DNA of 64,000 bases. Origin: an uncultured Erysipelotrichaceae bacterium. Lineage in GTDB: Bacteria; Bacillota_I; Bacilli_A; RFN20; CAG-826. The notes beneath the pieces are model-generated. The model saw only the letters and a list, made by a program, of their open reading frames with translations. It was not told where the DNA came from and did no database searches. This document shows, piece after piece, positions 7,044-17,145 of the stretch (positions are counted from its first letter, which is position 1; the number at the start of each line of letters is the position of its first letter). The translations under genes and the position numbers were made by a program. The stretch spans positions 9,323 to 73,322 of the forward strand of contig CACXNV010000007.1 of NCBI GenBank assembly GCA_902769185.1, in the 5' to 3' direction.

Positions 7044-8057
7044 TTATTTTCTATTTGTGAAGTATGGACCGACATGTTCTCCGTCTTTCACAGTCATTTT
7101 TTCTAGATAACATAATTTGACGTGAGCGTCGTTACCAACTTTAACATCAATTAAGGTAGTATTTGGACCAATATAACATCCTTCTCCAACCTTACATTTA
7201 CCAAGTAAAGTGGTATTAGGCATAATCACCGTATCTCTACCTACTACTGCTTCTGGAGAAATATAGGCTGTATCAGGATCTTCAATTGACACACCAGATA
7301 ACATTAATTGTTTATTCACTCTTTTTCTAATCACTTTAGCAGCGTAAGCTAGCTGAGTTCTATCGCTGACACAGAAAATATCTTGAGCGTCTTCTAAAAC
7401 ATACGCTTCTACTGGTAAACCTTTTTCTCTAAAGAGTTTAACAAGTTCAGATAAATAATACTCATGTTTAGCATTATTAGTGCTTAATTTAGGAAGATAT
7501 TCTTGGAGTAACTTATTATTAATAATATAGATACCAGCGTTAACTTCGTTAATCTCTGCTTCTTCTTCGTTACAGTCTTTATCTTCTCTAATTTCAAGTA
7601 AACGGTAAGAACCTCTTTCTCTTAAAATACGACCGTATCCAGTAGGATTTTCTAGTACTGAAGTACAAATAGTTAAGACATTACCGTTTTTATGGTGCTT
7701 ATGGTAGACCTTATTTAATGTTGCTGAAGTTAATAAAGGAGTATCTCCACCTACGACAATAACATCACCCTCTTTATCAGCGAGTTCTTTGACTTGTTTT
7801 AAAGCGTGACCAGTGCCAATGATTTCTTTTTGCCACACCACTTTAGAATGGTCTTTGACACATTCTTCAGTGTGTTTTCCGCCATAGCCCACAACTGTAT
7901 ATATTTCTTTTGGTTTAATTGCTTTACAAGCATCAATTACATAATTAATTAATGGCTTTCCTAAGATTGGATAAGCGACTTTAGAGTGGTTTGGATCTCT
8001 ACTTTCCATACGGGAGCCACGACCAGCTCCTAAAATGACGACATATTTTTCGACCAT
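7044..8057 (-). CDS. GlmU-like N-acetylglucosamine-1-phosphate uridyltransferase, C-terminally short (337 aa)
   Basis: LGAGRGSRM nucleotidyltransferase motif, GTGHALKQ, GDTPLL, PTGYGRI, EYYLSE. The left-handed beta-helix repeats begin (ISPEAVVGRDTVIMPNTTLLGKCKVGEGCYIGPNT), but the ORF ends about 115-120 aa before the usual GlmU C-terminus. Confidence 0.8.
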   Translation of the reverse strand: MVEKYVVILGAGRGSRMESRDPNHSKVAYPILGKPLINYVIDACKAIKPKEIYTVVGYGGKHTEECVKDHSKVVWQKEIIGTGHALKQVKELADKEGDVIVVGGDTPLLTSATLNKVYHKHHKNGNVLTICTSVLENPTGYGRILRERGSYRLLEIREDKDCNEEEAEINEVNAGIYIINNKLLQEYLPKLSTNNAKHEYYLSELVKLFREKGLPVEAYVLEDAQDIFCVSDRTQLAYAAKVIRKRVNKQLMLSGVSIEDPDTAYISPEAVVGRDTVIMPNTTLLGKCKVGEGCYIGPNTTLIDVKVGNDAHVKLCYLEKMTVKDGEHVGPYFTNRK

Positions 8058-8066
8058 AACTTCTCC

Positions 8067-8924
8067 TTATTTTTTAATAACTTTAGTTACTTCGACTAGA
8101 TATTTATCTTCTAATGATTTGGCGACTTTCTTCACAAGTGAAGAGTCTGTTGATAAGGCAAAAACAGTTGAGCCACTTCCAGACATTAAAACAATTTTAA
8201 ATCCAGCGGCTTTAAGTGTTTCCTTAATTTGCTTAATTTCAGGGACTAATATACTAGCAGCTTCTTCTAAAGAATTACCAATAGAGGCGGCTAATAAATC
8301 ATCGTCTCCTTCTTTTAAGGCTTTAACAACATTATCTATATCAACATAGTTGTAATCTTTTTTATCTGCAATAGCGAATACTTCTTTAGTAGAACATCCG
8401 CTAGCAGGTTTAACAATTAAAACAGAGTAATTATTCTTAATTTCAATTGGCTCCATTATTTCTCCAATGCCGTGGCATCTTGCAGGAACACACTTTACAA
8501 AAAAAGGAATATCCGCTCCAAAGGTTTTAGCCATGTCGATTAATTCTTCATCGCTAGCGTTAAGTTTTAACATTTGATTAACCGCTTTCATAGTAAAAGC
8601 AGCGTTACTACTACCTCCGCCTAGTCCAGCTTGCATAGGAATAACTTTATGAATATAGACTCTAAACTTAGTAGAGAATCCATATTTATTCGCTAACGCA
8701 TTAATTCCTTCAGTAGCGAGATTATAATGGACTAGTCCATTAGAGAAATCATCGACAGTAACGAAATTATCACCACTATTTTTTAATGTGGAAATAATAA
8801 TAGAGTCATGTAATTCAATTGGAACCATCACCGAATCTAATTCGTGATATCCATCTTCTCTTTTCTTCACTACACGTAAAGAAATATTGATTTTTGCGTA
8901 ACTTTTAACACTTCTAGTACTCAT
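8067..8924 (-). CDS. ispE: 4-diphosphocytidyl-2-C-methyl-D-erythritol kinase
   Basis: 285 aa. AKINISLRVVKKREDGYHELDSVM start typical of IspE; GHMP ATP motif PMQAGLGGGSSNAA. Confidence 0.9.
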   Translation of the reverse strand: MSTRSVKSYAKINISLRVVKKREDGYHELDSVMVPIELHDSIIISTLKNSGDNFVTVDDFSNGLVHYNLATEGINALANKYGFSTKFRVYIHKVIPMQAGLGGGSSNAAFTMKAVNQMLKLNASDEELIDMAKTFGADIPFFVKCVPARCHGIGEIMEPIEIKNNYSVLIVKPASGCSTKEVFAIADKKDYNYVDIDNVVKALKEGDDDLLAASIGNSLEEAASILVPEIKQIKETLKAAGFKIVLMSGSGSTVFALSTDSSLVKKVAKSLEDKYLVEVTKVIKK

Positions 8925-8945
8925 ATTAGTTCACCTATATTATAT

Positions 8946-9749
8946 CTACTTTTGTATCAGTTGATACATTCTAAAATATATTTCTGGAGCAATGTTCTCT
9001 GGTCGTAAATTAGGATCTAAATTTAATTTAGATAATAACTCACTAGCTTTAGTGGCGTCTCCTAGATAATTCTTTAAATTGTTATAAATTGTCTTTCTTC
9101 TATTTAAGAATAAAGATTTAGCAAGTTTATATGTTCCAATAAGATCTTCATCGTAGTACTTATAATTTCTTTTTAAAGTGAAGACTACAGATTTACATTT
9201 AGGAACAGGATGGAAACTTCCTGGTTTAACCACAAAGTGTTTTTCCACATCACAGCATAATCTTGTTAATACAGAGATCGCCCCATAATTTTCTCCACTT
9301 AAATCATAAAAACGATTAAATGCCTCTAGTTGAATCATTAAAACCATCACATCAGCATCAATAGCGGATAACAATAAATACTCCACTAACTCGGTGGTGA
9401 TATTATATGGAAGATTACCAATAATTTTGTCGTATGTGGAGATATCTACTTTACGAATATCCTCATTGATATAAGTAATTCTGTCTTTATAGAAAATCTT
9501 TAAAAAATCAATCATCTTTGAATCAATATCACAAACACTAAAATTAGCATTTTTCATATCAATAAAATGAGTCAAACTTCCTAAACCAGGTCCAATTTCT
9601 AATACCTTGTCAAATTCCTGAATATCAGCAAGCTCCACGATGGATTTTGCAATTTCTGGTTCAAGCAAAAAGTTTTGTCCATAATCCTTATCTGGACGGA
9701 TATTAGTGTTTTTTAAAATTTCAAAAATATTAGATCTATTTATTTCCAT
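8946..9749 (-). CDS. rsmA: 16S rRNA (adenine1518/1519-N6)-dimethyltransferase
   Basis: GQNFL motif; SAM site VLEIGPGLGSLT; NLPYNI. ATG 9749 is preferred to the upstream GTG 9779. Confidence 0.9.
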   Translation of the reverse strand: MEINRSNIFEILKNTNIRPDKDYGQNFLLEPEIAKSIVELADIQEFDKVLEIGPGLGSLTHFIDMKNANFSVCDIDSKMIDFLKIFYKDRITYINEDIRKVDISTYDKIIGNLPYNITTELVEYLLLSAIDADVMVLMIQLEAFNRFYDLSGENYGAISVLTRLCCDVEKHFVVKPGSFHPVPKCKSVVFTLKRNYKYYDEDLIGTYKLAKSLFLNRRKTIYNNLKNYLGDATKASELLSKLNLDPNLRPENIAPEIYFRMYQLIQK

Positions 9750-10275
9750 ATTTCTCACTGATTTCACTAGGCTTAACACCTAACATTTGTAATTGATTTT
9801 CTAAAAATTTTGTAGTTCCATAGATTAACCTATAGTCATTAATAATTCTATTTTTCATTATCTCAGGGTTTTCACTTAAAGAGATAATTGAATTGAGTTC
9901 GTAAAGAGGTTTAACATCAAGCTCTTTTTTGTACTCCGTTAAGTGTTCTTTTAAAGCGTCAATAATCGCTTCATATTCAGTTTCTGCAACTCCACACTTT
10001 TTATATGATTTTCTTGGAATTTTTGCACTTTTTATGACAAAAACCCTGCTAATTTTATTTTTAATCTTATTCGCGATGTCTTCTCCGGCTTTGTCATTAT
10101 CGCTCATGACAATTACTTTTCTACGTTCACTTACTCTAGATAAAAAGTCAATTTTCTCGTCAGATATATCGCATCCATTTGTAATAAAATAATGAGTTTT
10201 GATAAAAGAAGATAAATAACTTACATCGCTTTTACCTTCAACCACTAAAACACCATCTAAATAATACTTATTCAT
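9736..10275 (-). CDS. rnmV: Ribonuclease M5 (Toprim domain)
   Basis: From Met17: MNKYYLDGVLVVEGKSDVSYL...VIVMSDNDKAGE (Toprim E and DxD). Conserved position between tatD and rsmA. Confidence 0.85.
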   Translation of the reverse strand: MNKYYLDGVLVVEGKSDVSYLSSFIKTHYFITNGCDISDEKIDFLSRVSERRKVIVMSDNDKAGEDIANKIKNKISRVFVIKSAKIPRKSYKKCGVAETEYEAIIDALKEHLTEYKKELDVKPLYELNSIISLSENPEIMKNRIINDYRLIYGTTKFLENQLQMLGVKPSEISEKYGNK

Positions 10276-11041
10276 GAATATTAAATAATCGACAAGCATT
10301 CTCATAAGTAACTTGATCGACATGCTTCTTAGAAATATCTTTTAATCTCGCAATTTCTTCACTTACAAGGCAAATATACTTTGGTTCGTTTTTCTCTCCT
10401 CTATGTGGATGAGGAGTTAAATATGGACAATCAGTTTCAATTAACAATTTTTCTAGTGGCACTACTTCTGCAACTTCTTTCGGAGTTTTAGCATTGGTGA
10501 AAGTAACTGGTCCACCTAAAGAAATATGTAATCCTAAATCTAATACTGTTTTAAGCATCTCTACGCTTCCAGAATAGCAGTGCATCACTCCTCCAAATAG
10601 AGGCTTATGCTCTTTTAATATATTTAAACAATCTTCATTAGATTCGCGATTATGAATAGAAATAGGCAAATGATGTTCATTAGCGAATTCTATTTGTCTA
10701 ATGAAGTATTCCTTTTGAAGATTTCTTCTAGATTCTTCCTTTTCCCAGTGGTAATCAAGGCCAATTTCTCCAATTGCTACTACTTTTTTATTGGATATTA
10801 AATTCATAGTAGAAAGAAAATCTTCTTCACTAATATCAAATATATCGCAAGGATGAAATCCGATTGCAGCGTAGCATTCTTCATATTTACTAGCAATCTT
10901 AACAGCGAGTTCACTAGATTCTTTGTTATAGCCCACAACTAAAAACTTGCTGACACCAGTCTTTTTAGCGTCATTAATCACTTCATCGATTCGAGGATAT
11001 AAAGCCTCATCATTTAAATGACAATGAGAATCAAACATCAT
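10268..11041 (-). CDS. tatD: TatD-family metal-dependent hydrolase/DNase (YabD-like)
   Basis: MFDSHCHL start, EIGLDYHW, SIHNRES, MHCYSGS, ETDCPYLTP. Confidence 0.9.
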   Translation of the reverse strand: MMFDSHCHLNDEALYPRIDEVINDAKKTGVSKFLVVGYNKESSELAVKIASKYEECYAAIGFHPCDIFDISEEDFLSTMNLISNKKVVAIGEIGLDYHWEKEESRRNLQKEYFIRQIEFANEHHLPISIHNRESNEDCLNILKEHKPLFGGVMHCYSGSVEMLKTVLDLGLHISLGGPVTFTNAKTPKEVAEVVPLEKLLIETDCPYLTPHPHRGEKNEPKYICLVSEEIARLKDISKKHVDQVTYENACRLFNIHE

Positions 11042-11043
11042 AA

Positions 11044-12369
11044 TTATTTACCAACACAAAATCTAGAGAATATTTCTTTAGAAATATCAGTTTGTTTATA
11101 TTCTCCTAAAATCTCTAAAATCGCGTTATAAGCATCCATTAAAGAGACACTAACTAAATCAATAGATAAATCGTTATCAGCGTCTTCTTTAGCTTTTAAT
11201 AAGGCTTCTTTTGCAACTTTTAACAAACCTAATTGTCTAACGTTATTAAGTGAAGGGGTTCTAAAAGCTTCTTCTTTTATTCCAAGAGCCTTATAAATCT
11301 CTTCTTTTAAAGGATTAATATCGTTATTTAACGCGGATATGTAGAGTTTATCTTTGTCCTTAGCGGTTAATTTATCGGCTTTGTTATATACAATGACGTG
11401 AGGAATATCTTTAACTAAATCTAAGATATCCTTATCTTGTTTATCTAATTCTTTTGAAGCATCTAATAACACTATAACTAAATCTGCTTTATTGATTGCC
11501 TCTTTAGATTTATTTACTCCGATAGATTCTACTTGATCGTTAGATTCTCTAATGCCTGCTGTATCTAATAAGTGGAGTACAACTCCATTTAAATTAATTT
11601 CACCTTCCACTACATCTCTAGTGGTGCCCGCTATATCAGTAACTATCGCTTTAGATTCACCTAATAAAGCGTTTAATAAGGATGATTTACCAACATTAGG
11701 CTTTCCTACTAAAGCTACTTTAATTCCTTCTTTGATGATTAATCCTTTTTCTCCAGAATCCACTAAAGAGTTAATTTGAGGAACGAGTTCATCTACTAAA
11801 GAAATAACGTGATTCTTATTAGCAACTTCAATATCTTCATATTCTGGATAATCAATATTAACTTCAATTAAAGATAAAACATCGGCGATTCTTTTCTTAA
11901 TTGGTAAGATTAATTCACTAGTTTTTCCTTTTAAGGAAAGAATAGATAATTCTTTTGCTTCTTTACTAGATGCGTTAATTACATCATTAATGGCTTCTGC
12001 TTGGATTAAATCAATTCTTCCATTAAGGAACGCTCTAGAAGAATATTCTCCGTTGGTGGCGTATCTCGCTCCTTTAGAGAGCAATAATTCAATAATTTCA
12101 TTAGCAATAAGCATTGAGCCGTGACACATAATCTCTACTAGATCTTCTCCTGTAAAAGATTTAGGTCCTTTATAAATCGCTAAAACCACTTCATCTATAA
12201 CTTTGTTATCATCAACAATATTACCGAATAAAAGAGTTCTTTCTTTTATATCTCTTATATCTTTTGAGAAACATTTAGAAACAAGTTCAAAAGCGTCATC
12301 ACCAGATACTCTAATGATGGCAAGAGCACTTTTAATAGGAGCGGTAGCTAATGCAACAATTGTTTCCAT
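11044..12369 (-). CDS. mnmE: tRNA modification GTPase MnmE
   Basis: METIVALAT start; G1 GKPNVGKSSLLN; G3 DTAGIR; G4 NKAD; C-terminal CVGK motif. Confidence 0.95.
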   Translation of the reverse strand: METIVALATAPIKSALAIIRVSGDDAFELVSKCFSKDIRDIKERTLLFGNIVDDNKVIDEVVLAIYKGPKSFTGEDLVEIMCHGSMLIANEIIELLLSKGARYATNGEYSSRAFLNGRIDLIQAEAINDVINASSKEAKELSILSLKGKTSELILPIKKRIADVLSLIEVNIDYPEYEDIEVANKNHVISLVDELVPQINSLVDSGEKGLIIKEGIKVALVGKPNVGKSSLLNALLGESKAIVTDIAGTTRDVVEGEINLNGVVLHLLDTAGIRESNDQVESIGVNKSKEAINKADLVIVLLDASKELDKQDKDILDLVKDIPHVIVYNKADKLTAKDKDKLYISALNNDINPLKEEIYKALGIKEEAFRTPSLNNVRQLGLLKVAKEALLKAKEDADNDLSIDLVSVSLMDAYNAILEILGEYKQTDISKEIFSRFCVGK

Positions 12370-12379
12370 AATTTAATCT

Positions 12380-12400
12380 TAAAAGCACCCAAAGGGTGCT
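12380..12400 (-). terminator. Hairpin between jag and mnmE (partial terminator or processing site)
   Basis: AGCACCC-N3-GGGTGCT (12384-12400) followed on the minus strand by TTTTAAG. Confidence 0.5.
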
Positions 12401-12405
12401 AATAA

Positions 12406-13005
12406 TTATTCAACGTAGATAATTTGTACTTGACGATGTGTACCTTCGCCTGTGGATTCAGTTTTAATATTATGCCATCCATTTAATGCGTTATGGATTG
12501 CTCTTCTTTCATCCGCTGGCATTGGATCAAAGGTATAAGTAGTCTTTGTTTTTTGCACATCTTTAGCGACTTTTCTAGCAAGTCTTTCTAAACGAGAATA
12601 TTTATTATCTTTGTAGCCATTAATGTCTAATAAGATTCTAAATCTCTTATGGAAGTGATTGCTTGTAGCAAGCTTCACTAATTCGTTAAGAGCTTGTAGA
12701 GTCACACCATTTTTACCAATTAAAATTGGATTATGAGTGCTATCAAGAGTGATGTGAATCACATCATCATCTAATTTTGTTTTAACTGAGCTTTCAATTC
12801 CTAAAGCATCAGTAGCATTTAATAAATAATCTTCAGCGTATCTGACGATATCTGATAAGTCATAGACTTCAACTTGAACTTTCTTTGAGAATAGTCCAGA
12901 TTTTTTACCTGTATCTAAATAGATAAGTTCAGAGACAGGTTTGTTTAATTCTTCAGAAGCTTTTTGTAATGCTTCTTCGACAGTTTTTCCAGTATAAATT
13001 TCCAT
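12406..13005 (-). CDS. jag: Jag/KhpB RNA-binding protein (Jag_N, KH, R3H)
   Basis: 199 aa; R3H region PMPADERRAIHNAL; conserved position downstream of yidC. Confidence 0.9.
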   Translation of the reverse strand: MEIYTGKTVEEALQKASEELNKPVSELIYLDTGKKSGLFSKKVQVEVYDLSDIVRYAEDYLLNATDALGIESSVKTKLDDDVIHITLDSTHNPILIGKNGVTLQALNELVKLATSNHFHKRFRILLDINGYKDNKYSRLERLARKVAKDVQKTKTTYTFDPMPADERRAIHNALNGWHNIKTESTGEGTHRQVQIIYVE

Positions 13006-13020
13006 TTTAATAATCTCCGA

Positions 13021-14643
13021 TTATTTTCTAGCAGCTTTTCTTTCGCTGATAATTTGAATAACAACTGTTTGCACAATTGAGAAAATAGCACCAACAAACC
13101 AATATAGACCCATAGCACTAACAAGTGAGAAGCCCATAAAAATAATTAATGCGAGCATAATGTATGTGAACCATTTCATACGATTATTTTGTTGCTTTTG
13201 TGCAGGATTCTTACCGAGTTTAGCAACTTGCTTTGCTTTTTTCTTTTGAATCCATTGTGGTAAAAGCATACTCACAGTTTGCGCTGCCGCCATGAATAAG
13301 AATAAGAATAAAGCAGTAACTGCAGCATATCCTCCAGCAGCAGACCAGTTGGCTCCAGTAAATAAAGCATCCTTAATAGTCATAGATAAGTTAAGGCCTA
13401 AGAATGTTCCATGAGTCAAAACAGACGAACCGCTTAATGCACCCCAAACACAGATAAAGACAGGGAATTGAACCACCATTACAATAATTGTAATAAATGG
13501 GTTGATGTGGTTTTTCTTATATAGCGCTTGCATTTCCTGCGCCATACGAGCTTTTTCCGATTTAGATGTATTTGAGTTTGGATATTTGTTTTGAATCTTA
13601 GTGATTTCAGGTTGAAGTTCTGTCATCTTGGCGTTAGATGTGGTTTGTTTCCAAGTTGCAAGAAGCATAATTGCACGGATAATAAATGTAACAAACATAA
13701 TGCCTAAGAAGGCACTTAATCCGGCACTAGCTCCTGTTCCACGGAATCCCAGAACAATACCATCAACTAACCATCCAATTGGATAAACAAGTAAACCTTC
13801 AAAGAAGCCTCTACCCCATGCATATCCCCAGGTTTTTTCATCGATAAAAATACCATCAGTGCTATATCCATAAGAACCGTATTTATCTGTTTTGGTTGTC
13901 ATACAAGTTCTAAATGTAGCAGCCCAGGAATTAAGTTGATTATGGTAGCCTTTAATAAAATCGCTACTTGGACACTTATCTGGTGATAATACATCAAAGG
14001 TTCCAATAGCATAACCAGTAATATATTCTCCTAATGGAGAAGCTGGGTCAACTTCCGCTCTAGCTGCTTTATCAAAACTATTCCAGTTATCTAATCCATC
14101 AGCGCCACCAGAGAAGAATCTTAAATAGCTATAATAAGATAAATCACGATCAACAGTAGCTTTCCCTAAATCTTCATATGTATAAGTGAGGGAATTGTTA
14201 GCGAGATCAGCAACTTTACCAAAAATAGTGTTCAACGCTAAGAAATCAAATCTTTGCATATATTCCACTGTTGAACCATCAATAGCTTTAACACCAGAAT
14301 CTCTAGCAGATTTGATAATGCCGTTTAAAAAAGTAAGTTCTTTCTTGTTCTCTCCGTCTTTATCAAAAACAAAGTTTCCAACATGCATATCGTTTCCAGT
14401 TGGAACCCATTCTGCAGTGACAAGTTTTGCTCCTTCAATTGTGTAATCATTAGTTTGACCATGGAACACAATTTTGTCGGTTGAAACATCACTTTTCTCG
14501 ATACGGATAATGCCTGGTTCAAAGGCATATTTCATTCTAGAAACATCAATTCCTGAACAGAAAGAAGCAGTACAACTACTTAGAGCGGCTACGCCAAAGC
14601 CGGTTGCGACTAAAGCAAGTCCTAATTTTGTTCTTCTTTTCAT
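13021..14643 (-). CDS. yidC: YidC/Oxa1-family membrane insertase lipoprotein with a long N-terminal extracytoplasmic domain
   Basis: 540 aa. Signal peptide plus lipobox LSSC. About 290-aa soluble region, then the insertase core (KMTELQPEITKIQNKY, MQALYKKNHINPF) and a Lys-rich tail. ATGA overlap with rnpA. Confidence 0.9.
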   Translation of the reverse strand: MKRRTKLGLALVATGFGVAALSSCTASFCSGIDVSRMKYAFEPGIIRIEKSDVSTDKIVFHGQTNDYTIEGAKLVTAEWVPTGNDMHVGNFVFDKDGENKKELTFLNGIIKSARDSGVKAIDGSTVEYMQRFDFLALNTIFGKVADLANNSLTYTYEDLGKATVDRDLSYYSYLRFFSGGADGLDNWNSFDKAARAEVDPASPLGEYITGYAIGTFDVLSPDKCPSSDFIKGYHNQLNSWAATFRTCMTTKTDKYGSYGYSTDGIFIDEKTWGYAWGRGFFEGLLVYPIGWLVDGIVLGFRGTGASAGLSAFLGIMFVTFIIRAIMLLATWKQTTSNAKMTELQPEITKIQNKYPNSNTSKSEKARMAQEMQALYKKNHINPFITIIVMVVQFPVFICVWGALSGSSVLTHGTFLGLNLSMTIKDALFTGANWSAAGGYAAVTALFLFLFMAAAQTVSMLLPQWIQKKKAKQVAKLGKNPAQKQQNNRMKWFTYIMLALIIFMGFSLVSAMGLYWFVGAIFSIVQTVVIQIISERKAARK

Positions 14644-14975
14644 TTAGTAATTCCTATCTTACTCAATAAATAATTGAGAATGTTCTTGTTATCATCAAAA
14701 GAGTTATCTAAAAAGTCAGCTTTAATGATAATAACAATATCGAATGTGTGAGAAGTATATTCTACGAGCGAGTCACACATAGCTCGAGTTTGCCTTTTGA
14801 CACGATTTCTTGTTACGGCATTGCCGATTTTCTTACTAACACTGATCCCTATGCGGCAAACATTTTTATCATTATTAATGTAATGAATTAAAAAGGGATT
14901 GTGTTTAAGGACATGACCTTTTCTAACCGTAAACACAAATTCTTGACTATCTTTGATACGGTTAATAACTTTCAT
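14640..14975 (-). CDS. rnpA: Ribonuclease P protein component
   Basis: 111 aa, basic; RNR motif NAVTRNRVKRQTR; sits between rpmH and yidC. Confidence 0.9.
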   Translation of the reverse strand: MKVINRIKDSQEFVFTVRKGHVLKHNPFLIHYINNDKNVCRIGISVSKKIGNAVTRNRVKRQTRAMCDSLVEYTSHTFDIVIIIKADFLDNSFDDNKNILNYLLSKIGITK

Positions 14976-14993
14976 TTTTTCTCCAATGAAAAA

Positions 14994-15128
14994 TTAGGCA
15001 GTTAATTGTTTACGTCCCTTTGCTCTTCTTCTGGCTAAGACTTTACGTCCGTTAGCGGATTTCATTCTTGCTCTGAATCCAGCCTTGTGAGAGTGTTTTA
15101 CTTTACTTGGTTGATAAGTTCTTTTCAT
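14994..15128 (-). CDS. rpmH: 50S ribosomal protein L34
   Basis: Below the ORF-track size cutoff. My translation: [44 protein letters not shown]. Confidence 0.95.
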   Translation of the reverse strand: MKRTYQPSKVKHSHKAGFRARMKSANGRKVLARRRAKGRKQLTA

Positions 15129-15245
15129 ATACGTTTCCTCCAAAATTTACGCAGTATAGATTATAAATGTATTTATAAATCAAAGTCAAAGGATTATGGT
15201 TTTTTATTTATTTAAAAAACAAAATACACAATTATTCAATTTGAT

Positions 15246-15544
15246 TTTTCCACACAGTTATCCAAAGTGTTTTTTTATCGAATCAACAAAAAATAATCCA
15301 CAATCCTCATTTTTTGACTTTCCACACAAATTTAATGCTCAAAACCATAATTGTAGTGTAATAAGAATAAGCTTTGCTTATTCATATAAGTTCTATTAAA
15401 CTACATAAAAATCAATCCACATTTATTCACAATTTTCACCAAAAATCCACTTTTTATCCACATCGAAAAAATGTGGAAAACTTGATAAGTGCCTATTTTT
15501 CTTGATTTGATGAAGTCTATTTGATTTTTGTGAATTGTGGAAAA
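15246..15544. other. oriC: oriC part 1: DnaA-box cluster upstream of dnaA
   Basis: Perfect TTATCCACA at 15454-15462. One-mismatch boxes at 15246-54, 15258-66, 15294-302, 15423-31, 15472-80 (reverse) and 15536-44 (reverse). Weaker boxes at 15318-26 and 15413-21. Confidence 0.85.
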
Positions 15545-15623
15545 CTTTTTTTCTCGATTTTATCATTAAAATCTAGAAGGCTTTCATCTATAATTGAATA
15601 ACGAAAATTAAGGAATTTATTTT

Positions 15624-17015
15624 ATGGTTACAACATTATCTGAGATGACAAAATTATGGGACAACGTCCTGAAAAGCATTAAATCAAAAATCGACAACAA
15701 ATGGACATTTGATTACTTCTTCGCTAACTCTTATATCGATAGTAGAGATGGTGATACTTTAATTATTGTTGCCCAAAGCACTGTCGCTAAAGCTGAATTA
15801 AAAAATAAACACACTGATTTAATCTTAGATACAATCTCAGAATTTGAAGATGATATCTACACAATTCGTATCGTGACCGAAGATGAATTACAATCTAATA
15901 AAAAACATGAATCGGGTAAATCTAATCAAAAGGTTACTGTTCAAGAAGATGATCAACCTGTATTTTTTAAAGACTCTGCTCTTAAACCAGAATTAACTTT
16001 TGATACTTTTGTTGTTGGGGATTGTAACAAAGAAGCACACAAGGCTGCTTTATATGTTGCTAAAAATGGAGGATCTTTATTTAATCCTTTATTTATATAT
16101 TCACATTCAGGTTTAGGTAAGACACATTTGCTTCACGCAATTGGAAATGAGATTAAAAGAGGTAGAATGCCTAATGCAAAAATCATCTATATCAACACCG
16201 ATGATTTCGTTGAAGAATACATAAGATTTGTAAGAGGTGAAAAGGAATCTCAATCAATGAAGTCCTTCTTCAAAACTGTCGATGTCTTACTTTTAGATGA
16301 TGTTCAAATTATGGCAGGGAAGGTTAAAACCGCAGAGATGTTTTTCTCTATCTACCAAGACCTCATTAATCGTGGAAAACAAATCATCATTACCTCAGAT
16401 AAACAACCAAGCGAATTAAAAGGATTAGAAGAAAGATTGATTACTAGATTCTCTCAAGGATTAACCGTTAAAATCGGAGAACCTGATATTGATACAAGTG
16501 TTGAAATTCTAAAACAAAAAATCACTACTTATGGGATGGATGTGGAGAAATTCGACGCAAATGTCCTCTTATTTTTAGCGGAAAAATACTCAAGCAACGT
16601 AAGAGATCTTGAAGGAGCGGTTAAAAATATTTTCTTCAGCTGTATTGATTTATCTGACGAAGAAAGAATCACAATGGATGTTGCCATTAAAGCAGTTGGC
16701 TCAATTAGAGGTGGTAAAAATATCGCAGCTCAATTAAGCGAACAAAAGATAATTAATGTTGTTGCAGACTATTACAATATTTCTCCAAGCGATATTACAG
16801 GGAAGGTTAGAACCGGACAGATAGCGTTAGCGAGACATATATCAATGTATTTAATTAGAAAACACTTAGATGTTCCACTAAAGAAAATCGGAGATATGTT
16901 TGGAGGTAAAGATCATACAACTGTAATGTCTGGAATATCAAAAGTGGACAAAGAGTTGAAAACTAACAAGCAACTACAAGAAGCAATTGAAGAATTAGAA
17001 GCCAAATTAAAGTAA
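15624..17015 (+). CDS. dnaA: Chromosomal replication initiator DnaA
   Basis: 463 aa. Walker A GLGKTHLL; Walker B LLLDDVQ; C-terminal DNA-binding signature GGKDHTTVMSG. Confidence 0.97.
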   Translation: MVTTLSEMTKLWDNVLKSIKSKIDNKWTFDYFFANSYIDSRDGDTLIIVAQSTVAKAELKNKHTDLILDTISEFEDDIYTIRIVTEDELQSNKKHESGKSNQKVTVQEDDQPVFFKDSALKPELTFDTFVVGDCNKEAHKAALYVAKNGGSLFNPLFIYSHSGLGKTHLLHAIGNEIKRGRMPNAKIIYINTDDFVEEYIRFVRGEKESQSMKSFFKTVDVLLLDDVQIMAGKVKTAEMFFSIYQDLINRGKQIIITSDKQPSELKGLEERLITRFSQGLTVKIGEPDIDTSVEILKQKITTYGMDVEKFDANVLLFLAEKYSSNVRDLEGAVKNIFFSCIDLSDEERITMDVAIKAVGSIRGGKNIAAQLSEQKIINVVADYYNISPSDITGKVRTGQIALARHISMYLIRKHLDVPLKKIGDMFGGKDHTTVMSGISKVDKELKTNKQLQEAIEELEAKLK

Positions 17016-17087
17016 AAGATTTATTAAAAATAAATAGTTAGTAAAATCTGATGTGTGATAGAATAAATTTAATAAGTGCTTAATGAG

Positions 17088-17145
17088 TTATCCACATTAT
17101 CCACACACATAATAATTATTATTATAAATAATATAAATAAAAAAG
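17088..17145. other. oriC: oriC part 2: two abutting perfect DnaA boxes plus AT-rich unwinding element
   Basis: TTATCCACA at 17088-17096 and 17097-17105, followed by about 40 nt of almost pure A/T (17106-17145) rich in TAA/ATA triplets. Confidence 0.8.

Noticed and set aside
15196-15399. 67-aa ORF between rpmH and dnaA.
   Set aside because: It lies in the DnaA-box cluster of oriC. Its translation is dictated by the repeated TTATCCACA-like boxes.
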